DNA of 64,000 nucleotides from a virus (taxonomy: Duplodnaviria; Caudoviricetes): the IMG/VR virus record IMGVR_UViG_3300012662_000011. One strand, written 5' to 3'. Within the stretch, counting starts at the first letter, position 1; each line of letters begins with the position of its first letter. A model generated the notes under the pieces. The model was not told the DNA's origin. It saw nothing but the letters and a program-made list of their open reading frames with translations, and made no database searches. Positions 36,847 through 45,805 of this stretch are shown piece by piece. Made by a program: the position numbers and the translations under genes.

Positions 36847-38133
36847 ATGTGTAAACTTAATCAAAGTAAATTACGCGCTGCCGGTTACACGGCTTTTGAG
36901 ATGCAGGTTGCAAATTACATCCTGGATAATAATCTACAGCCAGGTGTAACGTTTCGGGGCGTTCCGGGACATGATAGGTACGGCAAATCACCCGAAACAA
37001 TCGAAGTAAACGAAAATAACGAAAATACGCTGCAATACACACGGAATACCGCCCGCGAAGGCTTAAAAGTCGTTACTATAGATATTGCAACGTATGCAAA
37101 CGGAAACAAAAATATTAACAATAAAAAACAGAATAATATGAACACTAACAATAACAACAATAATAACAACAACACAAACACAAACAATAATATGGATATT
37201 AACAACATGCTTGCATCTTTGTTTAATCAGCAGCAGCAAGCCGGATATGACAAAGCAAAACAGGAATGTAACGAACAAATTGCAGCTTTGCAAGCGCAAA
37301 TAGAAGAACTAAAGAACAAGCGTAACGGAACAATAATTAATGTTACGATAGACGGAAAACAGCATAAAACGGAAACGGAAAACATCCTTAACGAACACTT
37401 TGAAGACGTACTTTGTTTACTTGCAAGCGGCGCAAACGTCTATTTGTACGGCCCCGCTGGTAGCGGCAAAAATGTAATGTGCGAACAACTTGCAAAAGCA
37501 TTAGGAGTTGAGTTTTACTATCAAAATACTATATTAACAAAGTTTGATTTAAGCGGTTATACAGACGCAAACGGAAATTACCAGGAAACGGAATTTTTCA
37601 AAGCATGGAAAAACGGCGGTCTGTTTATGTGCGATGAGTTGGATAACAGTCAAGCAGAGGCTATAATTGCATTAAATGCAGCACTTGCAAACGGGTACTT
37701 TACATTTCCGGGGTACGGCAAACTAAAGAAACATCCAAACTTTTATTGTATTGCAGCCGGCAACACTAACGGCCAGGGAGCCACTGAAGAATATTGCGGC
37801 CGTTACCAAATGGATGAAAGTAGCCGTGATAGATTTGCTTTTGTTGAAATAAATTATGATAAACGAATTGAAGACAATATTTGCAAAGAACATGAAGACG
37901 TTGCGGCGTTTGTTCGCGAACTGAGAGCGGCGGCAGCTCAACTACAAATTAAATTGATAGCCGGATATCGCGCCATGAACAACCTTTGCAAGTTTTACGA
38001 AAAAGATACAAAGTTTGTGCTAAACGCTTTTGTGTTCCGTGGAATGAATAAAGATGATATAAACCAAATATTCGCTTTGCTTACTTGCAAGACAAACAAG
38101 TACTATAAAGCAATTAAAGAGATACTAAAATAA
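36847..38133 (+). CDS. MoxR/CbbQ-like AAA+ ATPase with Asn-rich linker
   Basis: Walker A GPAGSGK, Walker B MCDE, AAGNT, DRF arginine finger. Confidence 0.85.
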   Translation: MCKLNQSKLRAAGYTAFEMQVANYILDNNLQPGVTFRGVPGHDRYGKSPETIEVNENNENTLQYTRNTAREGLKVVTIDIATYANGNKNINNKKQNNMNTNNNNNNNNNTNTNNNMDINNMLASLFNQQQQAGYDKAKQECNEQIAALQAQIEELKNKRNGTIINVTIDGKQHKTETENILNEHFEDVLCLLASGANVYLYGPAGSGKNVMCEQLAKALGVEFYYQNTILTKFDLSGYTDANGNYQETEFFKAWKNGGLFMCDELDNSQAEAIIALNAALANGYFTFPGYGKLKKHPNFYCIAAGNTNGQGATEEYCGRYQMDESSRDRFAFVEINYDKRIEDNICKEHEDVAAFVRELRAAAAQLQIKLIAGYRAMNNLCKFYEKDTKFVLNAFVFRGMNKDDINQIFALLTCKTNKYYKAIKEILK

Positions 38134-38187
38134 ATATTAATCCGTGCACTCTATATAATTAGAGTGCACACAATAAAAAAAGAAATT

Positions 38188-38985
38188 ATGAAATATATAA
38201 CCGAAAAATATAATAGTCTTATAGACTTTAAAAAGTCGTTAGAACGCGAAAAAATAGGCTTTATGCCTTATGGGTTTAATAAAGAGTGGAACGGCTGCGA
38301 AAGTGAACAGCAAGCTAACGAGTTGTTGTTATACGGTGATCAAAAGTCAGTACAATTAATTCGGACAAAAAATCAGAAACGTTTTAAAAAAACGAAAAAT
38401 ACAATTTATACATCCCCTATTGGTTTTACCCCGTGTATGGGTTCTGTTATGGCGGGACATCCTAATAATATGTATAATATCCGGTCTGAGAGTTATAAAA
38501 ACAGCAAAGTACTAAATTATTTTTATGCGCTTGATGTTGATCATAGAGTTTCACACGAAAAAATTGCAGAAGTTAGCGCAAAAATATTAAATGTTGTTGC
38601 AAGTTTGGAAAACATGAATTATAGAGTTAATCTATATGTAACATCGGTTTGCAACCCGGTTGTTTATGGTAAATCAAAAAAAACGGACTTGAATACACTT
38701 ATATCTTTGTTTGTCAAAATCAAAGATAGTGGCAAGCAACTTAATATCTCAAAAGTGGCTTTCCCGCTTTCAAACCCGGCAATGTTTCGCTGGTTTGTGT
38801 TATCCTGGATTAGCCGTGTCAAGAAGAACGTTGTAAATACAACGGTGTTAACCTTTGATGAATACAGCACAAAAACTATAAAAGAAAGTATAAAGAGGAA
38901 TTTCAAAGGTGAGTTTTATCTTGACTCTTATTATACAGCGGAAAACAAAACAGAAAAAGAAATATTAGAAGACATACTGAAATAA
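38188..38985 (+). CDS. Partner of the AAA ATPase (degenerate vWA-like)
   Basis: Adjacent to AAA gene; AGHPNNM and FPLSNPAMFR motifs; no intact MIDAS visible. Confidence 0.55.
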   Translation: MKYITEKYNSLIDFKKSLEREKIGFMPYGFNKEWNGCESEQQANELLLYGDQKSVQLIRTKNQKRFKKTKNTIYTSPIGFTPCMGSVMAGHPNNMYNIRSESYKNSKVLNYFYALDVDHRVSHEKIAEVSAKILNVVASLENMNYRVNLYVTSVCNPVVYGKSKKTDLNTLISLFVKIKDSGKQLNISKVAFPLSNPAMFRWFVLSWISRVKKNVVNTTVLTFDEYSTKTIKESIKRNFKGEFYLDSYYTAENKTEKEILEDILK

Positions 38986-39066
38986 AATCCGTATCGGTTA
39001 AAAGCCGGCATCCAGGTGCAAGTCCCGGAACGGAACAAACATTAATAACTAAAAACAAATACAATT

Positions 39067-39339
39067 ATGAAAGTAAATGTAACATTCAGTAGCGACAAAG
39101 AAAAGAGTAACTTAAAAAAGAGTTTAGTAATTGTTGCAATTTTTGCATCCTTTGTTTGTGGGTGCCAAATTGGATATAACGGCGCAAACCATAAAATCCG
39201 TATACTGCGCAAACAATACGCTGCAATAATCCAGGAGCTACAAAGTAGTAATGAAGACTTGCAAAATAATTGGAATAACCTAAACAAAGTATATAGAGAA
39301 AGAATATATAAGAATATTAATACTAATTTAGAAAAATAA
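39067..39339 (+). CDS. Small membrane-anchored early protein
   Basis: One hydrophobic segment plus coiled coil. Confidence 0.6.
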   Translation: MKVNVTFSSDKEKSNLKKSLVIVAIFASFVCGCQIGYNGANHKIRILRKQYAAIIQELQSSNEDLQNNWNNLNKVYRERIYKNINTNLEK

Positions 39340-39684
39340 TGATACTATTATTATTTATTGCATCTTTGATTATGTACATCGTTGGTGTATACGTCGGTGT
39401 ACATATCAAAGAATTTACTACAGAATGATTTTAAGCCGTTCTAACGGCTTATCTTATCAAAGGCAATTCGCCCACCTTATAGTTTTAAACGTCTTAAATC
39501 AAACAAAAAAAATGAAAAGTATTACTTTAACAATTAAACAGCTTTGGTGCTTGAAAATAATCTTCAAATCCGTAATTGACGCATTAGAGAAAGGCAATAA
39601 CGGGTATTACGTGAATAACAAAAAATTCTTTCTCGCATTAAATGCAAAAGAATATCGTTCATTAATAGAAATTGACAAAAAGTT

Positions 39685-39987
39685 ATGATTATGAAAGAGT
39701 TAAAGAAATTGGTTGCATCCCTCAAGTTATTGGGGGTGGTTGCAAAAATTGAGAATACAGAAATTGAAACGTTACCAAACGGAACAAAGATTGAAACGTC
39801 TGAGGCGGTTATACGCAAAGATAATTGTATGTGGTATGTGTTTTTAGATACATCCGAAACGGAAACACGATATGAAGTACATTTTTATCTGAATGAATAT
39901 TGTGTATACGACCAGGTATATTATAACTCCATATTCGGTGTTGTAAAGCAAATCTTTGTAGACTTAGAGCTAACCGAAAGCAAATAA
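39685..39987 (+). CDS. Hypothetical early protein
   Basis: 100 aa ORF. Confidence 0.6.
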   Translation: MIMKELKKLVASLKLLGVVAKIENTEIETLPNGTKIETSEAVIRKDNCMWYVFLDTSETETRYEVHFYLNEYCVYDQVYYNSIFGVVKQIFVDLELTESK

Positions 39988-40074
39988 AAAATCAGCCGTT
40001 GGAAAGCTAAAGACTTGCATCCTAAAGCGAGATTAGGAACGGCACAAATTATTAACTTTTTAATTTATAATGAT

Positions 40075-41001
40075 ATGGATATACTAAAAGCAGCCGTATA
40101 TTGCGGCACGTACGGCAAATATAATGTCGGTAGTCTGGGTGGTGGTTGGTTACAACTTGCTAAATATAAAGACGCAAATGAGTTTCTGAAGGCTTGTAAG
40201 GAACTGCATAAGGATGAAAAAAGTCCTGAATTTATGTTTCAAGACACGGAATATATACCAAAAGAATTTTATTCTGAGTCTGAAATATATCCGGAAATAT
40301 TTATGACTATACAAGCAATAAAGAGCATGAACGAAGAGCAACAGGCGGCTTTTGAAATCTACTGCGAAGAAAATGCAGCAATACCAGATATGTTTGACGT
40401 TGACGAGTTCTTTGCATCCTATAAGCCCTCAAAGAAACAAAATCAAAATAAGTTTAGTCCGGCCTTACTTGAATTTTTTAAAATAATAGAGAAGAATAAT
40501 ACAAAAGATTGGTTCGATTATTTCAAGAATAAAACCGCCGCGGTTTTAAAGATAGAACAAAACGGCGGTTATATAGTTTTTGAAAAGCCTCAAATTGAGA
40601 AAGAGTTTTGTTGGGGGTACGGATGTCAAGGATTAACACAAGAAGAAGCATCCGAACTTTGTAAAAATTTTAATGAGGATGATTTTATCGGTGAAAATCT
40701 ATCCAAGTTTGATAGGGAATATGAACGAACGTTGGAACAATTAGACAAATATGAAGATATCACTATAGGCTTTGGTGATATATCTTATGGTTTTATTGAA
40801 TGTTGGGTTAAAGATAAATTCAGTACACCCGATCCGAATAACGAAATAACCCTAAAGGGAGATAATGCATCCGCATTTAGAATTTTATATAAGAAAATTC
40901 TTGAAGAAATGAGAGAAGACTTCAAGAAGAAACTCAATACATACCTAAAGAAATACGGATTAACAAAAATCCGAAAGTGGACCTACTGGGCGGATGAATA
41001 A
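40075..41001 (+). CDS. ardA: ArdA-like antirestriction protein with a C-terminal extension
   Basis: VYCGTYGKYNVGSLGGGWLQL...PEFMFQDTE N-terminal ArdA signature; acidic composition. Confidence 0.75.
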   Translation: MDILKAAVYCGTYGKYNVGSLGGGWLQLAKYKDANEFLKACKELHKDEKSPEFMFQDTEYIPKEFYSESEIYPEIFMTIQAIKSMNEEQQAAFEIYCEENAAIPDMFDVDEFFASYKPSKKQNQNKFSPALLEFFKIIEKNNTKDWFDYFKNKTAAVLKIEQNGGYIVFEKPQIEKEFCWGYGCQGLTQEEASELCKNFNEDDFIGENLSKFDREYERTLEQLDKYEDITIGFGDISYGFIECWVKDKFSTPDPNNEITLKGDNASAFRILYKKILEEMREDFKKKLNTYLKKYGLTKIRKWTYWADE

Positions 41002-41088
41002 ACTAAGGTAGGTACGGTTTTAAGCCGTTCGGGGTGGATGCAATGTTCACCCTACCTGCAAATTAATAATAATTTAAATGATACTATC

Positions 41089-41736
41089 ATGACTACATTG
41101 GTAAAAGAAAACGAGCCTCAATATAAGGCAATAAACAACGGCTTTGCAAGTCTTTCGACAATAGAGCTATTGTCGTTGATAGTTGGTAATAAGGATGTAA
41201 CAACAGAGCTTGTAGATAAAATTAACACGTTAAAAGATTTAGCAAATATACAGATGCAAGACTTATTGCGAATACCTGGAATAGGTAAGACAAAAGCCGA
41301 CAAGTTGCTTGCAGCAATAGAACTTGCAAAGCGTTTATCTACCACTAATCATAACGATTCAGAGCGGTACGATAATGCGGTTGCTATATTTAACTACATG
41401 CTAAACAAAGTTGGTTATATAGATCACGAAGAAACCTGGGTAATGTGTTTGAATAATTCTTTTAAATTAATTAAAGCTGAAAGAATTAGCTCAGGAGGAT
41501 TAACAGAAACCTGCTTTGACATCCGTCAGATATTAAGAGCAGCTTTGATAAATAAGGCAACAGTAATAGCGGTAACCCATAATCATCCGAGTGGAAGCCT
41601 ACAGCCAAGCAAAGATGATGATAATGTTACAACAAAGCTAAAAACGGCAGCGCAAACAATGCGCATACATTTAATGGATCATCTAATAATAACTGATAGT
41701 GGTTATTATAGCTATTACGAGAAGGGAAAATTATAG
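41089..41736 (+). CDS. radC: RadC family JAB/MPN protein
   Basis: HhH (IPGIGKTKA) and JAB motif HNHPSG...PSKDD...DHLII. Confidence 0.9.
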   Translation: MTTLVKENEPQYKAINNGFASLSTIELLSLIVGNKDVTTELVDKINTLKDLANIQMQDLLRIPGIGKTKADKLLAAIELAKRLSTTNHNDSERYDNAVAIFNYMLNKVGYIDHEETWVMCLNNSFKLIKAERISSGGLTETCFDIRQILRAALINKATVIAVTHNHPSGSLQPSKDDDNVTTKLKTAAQTMRIHLMDHLIITDSGYYSYYEKGKL

Positions 41737-41882
41737 TTTTAATGTTAATAAATGAAGGATTGGTATAAGGAGTTGAACAAAAACAGCCTACAACCGGATG
41801 CGAGTTCCGGTTACCAACTAAACAATAAAACAAAAAGATATGGACAATTTAGACATCTTACAAACCCTGTATAATAATCAAT

Positions 41883-42185
41883 ATGATACAAAGGGATAAA
41901 GTTGAGTGCTATGATAAAGGGTGCTTTACTTTAAGAGAAATAAACAAAAACCTAACAGTAGGTATTAAAAGAAATTACAGATATTCTTTAATAAACCTAC
42001 AGGTAGGAAATAATTTCAGTTGTAGTTTTTCAGCTGAGTGTATATTTATGCTTGCATCCAAATTTGAAACAATATGCAAGATAAAGACAAAAGATAAATT
42101 CAAGATTACAACAGAATTAATAAACAACAAATATAAATTAAAAGATTATGGAACAAGTATTAAAAATTCCCGTGTGGAATATTGA
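41883..42185 (+). CDS. Hypothetical protein
   Basis: ORF track; start uncertain. Confidence 0.45.
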   Translation: MIQRDKVECYDKGCFTLREINKNLTVGIKRNYRYSLINLQVGNNFSCSFSAECIFMLASKFETICKIKTKDKFKITTELINNKYKLKDYGTSIKNSRVEY

Positions 42186-42480
42186 AAGCGAAAACGGTTA
42201 TAAACCTTTGACAACGTTCTGGGAAGACTTCTCAATTGCGGATGCATTTGGAGAAGATGCAGTAACGGATACTTTTATCAGAGCTTTCAAAGAGTGGAAA
42301 AATAATTACAAGTTTTTAACTGAACTTGTAATTGTGTTGAATCATAAAATTTTCCAATGGTATCAAGTCAATGAAAATCTTGCAAGAGATTATGACAAGC
42401 TTTACCGCTTTGCAAACGATTATGCGGCAAATAATCTCAAAGGCAAAGAGTTGGAATATTACTACTATGCAACGGATTAA
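42148..42480 (+). CDS. Phage protein of unknown function
   Basis: 110 aa; TTFWEDFSIAD...LTELVIVLNHKI. Confidence 0.7.
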   Translation: MEQVLKIPVWNIESENGYKPLTTFWEDFSIADAFGEDAVTDTFIRAFKEWKNNYKFLTELVIVLNHKIFQWYQVNENLARDYDKLYRFANDYAANNLKGKELEYYYYATD

Positions 42481-42490
42481 ATAATATAAT

Positions 42491-42880
42491 ATGGAAGCAA
42501 AAATATTTCAGCAGCTTTCTAAAATCCGAAAGCTAACATCTTTAATACTCTCCAGGAATGATTTATCACTGTATTCGGAATTAAAAGAATGTTTTGAATC
42601 CCTGAGCGAAAGAAGAGAGTATGCCTACATCTTATGTATTAACGGAAAAATCAAAAAACCGTTAGCCGTAAGTTGGTGGGGTACAGAAAAACAAATGAGG
42701 CAGACAAAAGCCGATATGCACGCCGCTGCATACGCTTTTAAGAAAAGCGCATCCATTCTTGTTTACGAAAAGAAAAATAAAACAGAGTGGAAATATGTAG
42801 AATTTTGCAACCTTTACAACTTCTATTTTCCACCAGAGATTACAATTACAGAAGATAATGAAATAATTTACGAAGAATAA
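42491..42880 (+). CDS. Hypothetical protein
   Basis: 129 aa ORF. Confidence 0.6.
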   Translation: MEAKIFQQLSKIRKLTSLILSRNDLSLYSELKECFESLSERREYAYILCINGKIKKPLAVSWWGTEKQMRQTKADMHAAAYAFKKSASILVYEKKNKTEWKYVEFCNLYNFYFPPEITITEDNEIIYEE

Positions 42881-42905
42881 ACAATATATTAATAATATAT
42901 ACGTT

Positions 42906-43640
42906 ATGGATAAAGTGAAAAGATATGTAATATACAAACGTGTTTCCACAAAAAAACAAGGCCGTAGCGGTCTTGGACTGGAAGCACAACAAGAAATGTG
43001 TATGAAGTATGTTAATACCATGCACGGAGAGGTGGTTGCGGAATTTCAAGATGTGGAATCCGGAACACACAGAGATCGCCCTGGGCTTTGGCAAGCAATA
43101 GACGCTTGCAAAAAGACAGATGCTACCCTTGTTATAGCCAAATTGGATAGACTTGCAAGAGATGTTGAATTTGTCTTCAAGGTGATTAACTCCGGTATTA
43201 ATATATATTTTTGCGACATGCCTATCATTAATACTATGATTTTAGGTGTGTTTGCATCTGTTGCACAATATGAAAGAGAGCTAACAAGTAAGCGTACAAA
43301 AGATGCACTTGCTGCAAAGAGAGCACGCGGCGAGCGTCTTGGTAGACCTAAAGGTACAAGTATGGAGGAAGCTTGCCAGGCAAGTAGTATAGCACGAAGG
43401 AAAAGATCCTTAGATAATCCTGTAAACAAGACAACCTGGGAAATAATAAGGATGCATACTAATGACTTTTCAGAGGTTACGAAACCTAACATGGAAGCAG
43501 CTCTAAAGACCCTGAATAATATGGGCGTAAAGACGGTTAAAGGTATGGATTACAACATTGAAAGACTTTGGAACGCATACTACAACATCAAGAGAATGAA
43601 AGAGGGATTAGATAAATTTATTAACAAGAAGGAGGATTAA
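42906..43640 (+). CDS. Serine recombinase (resolvase/invertase family)
   Basis: YKRVST..Q, ESG, RPGL, KLDRLAR, ERELTSKRTKDAL, LGRP. Confidence 0.92.
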   Translation: MDKVKRYVIYKRVSTKKQGRSGLGLEAQQEMCMKYVNTMHGEVVAEFQDVESGTHRDRPGLWQAIDACKKTDATLVIAKLDRLARDVEFVFKVINSGINIYFCDMPIINTMILGVFASVAQYERELTSKRTKDALAAKRARGERLGRPKGTSMEEACQASSIARRKRSLDNPVNKTTWEIIRMHTNDFSEVTKPNMEAALKTLNNMGVKTVKGMDYNIERLWNAYYNIKRMKEGLDKFINKKED

Positions 43641-44008
43641 AGATGGCGATATTAATTTTCATCTGGATTGTCGGCACTCTCTTTGATTGTGCTATTGGTA
43701 GAAATAAATAAATACAAAATAATATTCAGCCCTACGCATCACGGTTAAGCGAGCAATTATGAAGAAAATAGAATTTGTTGGAGGTATTGCGAACGAACTT
43801 GCAGAAGTAATCAATGAAAACAATATACATATTACCTGTATTGAAGGTAATGTATGTGAGATAGATGATGATAATTTTGTCAAATTGCAAGCAGTTTGCC
43901 CTGCCGCATTTGATGGCAATGATATAATAGTAGTAACAGAATAACTACCATTAAATGGCTGCGCTATCGGCATGACGGGCAAATACAAACGATTTAAAAG
44001 AAAAACAA

Positions 44009-44292
44009 TTATGGGATCAGGATTATTAATTATTGGAATACTCCAAGTAATCTTAATGTTTAAGCTATGGGGGATGTGTAATGATGTGCGAAAGATGAGA
44101 AAGTATTTCATACCGGAAGAAAGGCTATCATCCCAACAGTCTTACGATTACAAGGTAGGAATGAAAGTTCACGTGAACAGTCTTAATACAGAAGCTGTAA
44201 TTACAAAGATGGGCAGCAGTATGGCTCACGTAAAGATTGCCAATGGTGGAACGACAGAAACATACCTATCCGACTTAACACCTATTGACTAA
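44009..44292 (+). CDS. Small membrane-anchored protein (start approximate)
   Basis: MGSGLLIIGILQVILMFKLWGM... Confidence 0.5.
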
Positions 44293-44301
44293 GATTTTTT
44301 A

Positions 44302-44330
44302 AAAAGCCCCTCCTGAGTGAGGGGCTTTTG
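44302..44330. terminator. Intrinsic terminator
   Basis: AAAAGCCCCTC...GAGGGGCTTTT. Confidence 0.8.
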
Positions 44331-44359
44331 TGTTTATTAACAAAATATCTTTAAAAACG

Positions 44360-44391
44360 CTTGCATGGTATTGGATAAATCCGTATATTTG
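44360..44391 (+). promoter_or_regulatory. Antirepressor operon promoter
   Basis: CTTG at 44360 and TATATTTG at 44384-44391. Confidence 0.65.
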
Positions 44392-44490
44392 CAGCGTTCA
44401 AAATATTCAGCGGTATAACGCCGCGTCTTCGTAAGGAGGTGCGTTTGTTGTATCATTACATTCGATTTATAGTAACTCTATATAAGAATT

Positions 44491-44562
44491 ACTGCGCCGT
44501 GTCGGTGGATAGGAAACTACCACCGAGGTTTGCTGAAAACCTTGAACAACACGTAGCGCAGT
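44491..44562 (+). ncRNA. C4-like antisense RNA in the antirepressor leader
   Basis: Closing stem ACTGCGC.CGTGT/ACACG..GCGCAGT; internal GCTGAA....TTGAAC is complementary to sites at 44396-44411 and 44570-44585. Confidence 0.65.
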
Positions 44563-44587
44563 TTTTTTTGTTCTAAAATTTCAGTCA

Positions 44588-45379
44588 ATGAATGAATTAA
44601 CGATTAAAGAAACAATGAGTTCACTGCAAATTGCAGAGATTACAGGGAAACAACACAAAAACATCATGAGAGCCATTCGTAAAATGCAGTCAGCTTGGGA
44701 AAAAGTATGTGGGCGCAAATTTGAGCTTACATCACAACTCGTTGAAATGCCGAATGGTGGAGCAAGAAAAGAGGATTGTTATCTACTAAACAAGACCGAA
44801 TGTTTATTTATTGCTACAAAGTTCAACGATGAAGCCAGAGCAAAGCTCGTTCTCCGTTGGAAAGAGCTTGAAGAAAAGAACAAACCTCAACTCCCTGCAA
44901 CATACCTCGACGCATTAAAGAGCCTTGTTGCATCCGAGGAAGAGAAGCAACAACTCGCCCTGGAGAACAAACGGCAAGCCGAACAACTCGAAGCAAAGAC
45001 AACGGAAATCACAGAGCTTAACACCGCCATCACTGAGATGCAACCAAAAGTAAGCTACGTAGACACCATTCTCCAGTGTAAAGACACCGTACAGGTAACT
45101 ATCATCGCACAAGACTACGGCAAGTCGGCAAAAGCCTTCAATATTCTGCTCCGCAACTTTGATATACAACGCAAGGTCGGTACGGCATGGGTCTTGTATG
45201 GCAAATATATCGCGAACGGCTACGTGCAAAGCAAGACATTTGCCTACACACGTTCAGACGGAACACAGGGAGTAAGAACCTACACCGAATGGACACAGAA
45301 AGGACGTTTGTTTCTTTATGAAACCCTAAAGAAACACGGCATCCTGCCACTTATCGAACAAGCATCTACTAACAACTAA
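44588..45379 (+). CDS. Antirepressor (Rha N-terminal plus KilAC/ANT C-terminal domain)
   Basis: MSSLQIAEITGKQHKNIMRAIR; PKVSYVD...IAQDYG...WTQKGRLFLY. Confidence 0.9.
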   Translation: MNELTIKETMSSLQIAEITGKQHKNIMRAIRKMQSAWEKVCGRKFELTSQLVEMPNGGARKEDCYLLNKTECLFIATKFNDEARAKLVLRWKELEEKNKPQLPATYLDALKSLVASEEEKQQLALENKRQAEQLEAKTTEITELNTAITEMQPKVSYVDTILQCKDTVQVTIIAQDYGKSAKAFNILLRNFDIQRKVGTAWVLYGKYIANGYVQSKTFAYTRSDGTQGVRTYTEWTQKGRLFLYETLKKHGILPLIEQASTNN

Positions 45380-45394
45380 AACAAAATCAAAAAA

Positions 45395-45610
45395 ATGGGA
45401 AACAATAAAATAGAAATAAAGAGCGGAATACAAGAGTTGCTAATGAAGCTAACCGAAGTAAGGGACATTTTCGATAGAGAGTTCAAGACTACTCCCGAAA
45501 ACGAGTTTATCCAGCAGATAGAAGTGAGCTTTGCCGACCACCTCGCCGACCTCACAGACGATGTTACAACCCTTGCAGGCTACAACATACGAATGAGTCT
45601 CAACTTATAA
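45395..45610 (+). CDS. Hypothetical protein
   Basis: 71 aa ORF followed by a terminator. Confidence 0.55.
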   Translation: MGNNKIEIKSGIQELLMKLTEVRDIFDREFKTTPENEFIQQIEVSFADHLADLTDDVTTLAGYNIRMSLNL

Positions 45611-45616
45611 ATTTTA

Positions 45617-45663
45617 CCCCACGTTGCAAAGAGAAATAGTGCAACGTGGGGATTTCTTTTTTT
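45617..45663 (+). terminator. Intrinsic terminator
   Basis: CCCCACGTTGCA...TGCAACGTGGGG plus T run. Confidence 0.75.
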
Positions 45664-45805
45664 AGTTCCGTAAAATCTACGGATGTAACCTCCTTTGAAG
45701 TTTTCCCCAGAATTGGTGAAAACCTCAAAATCTTCCTCCATCGGGTTTTTGACAGAATTATCAAAAACCTCATTTTGACTTCGATTAAAACGACCCCATC
45801 TTTTC

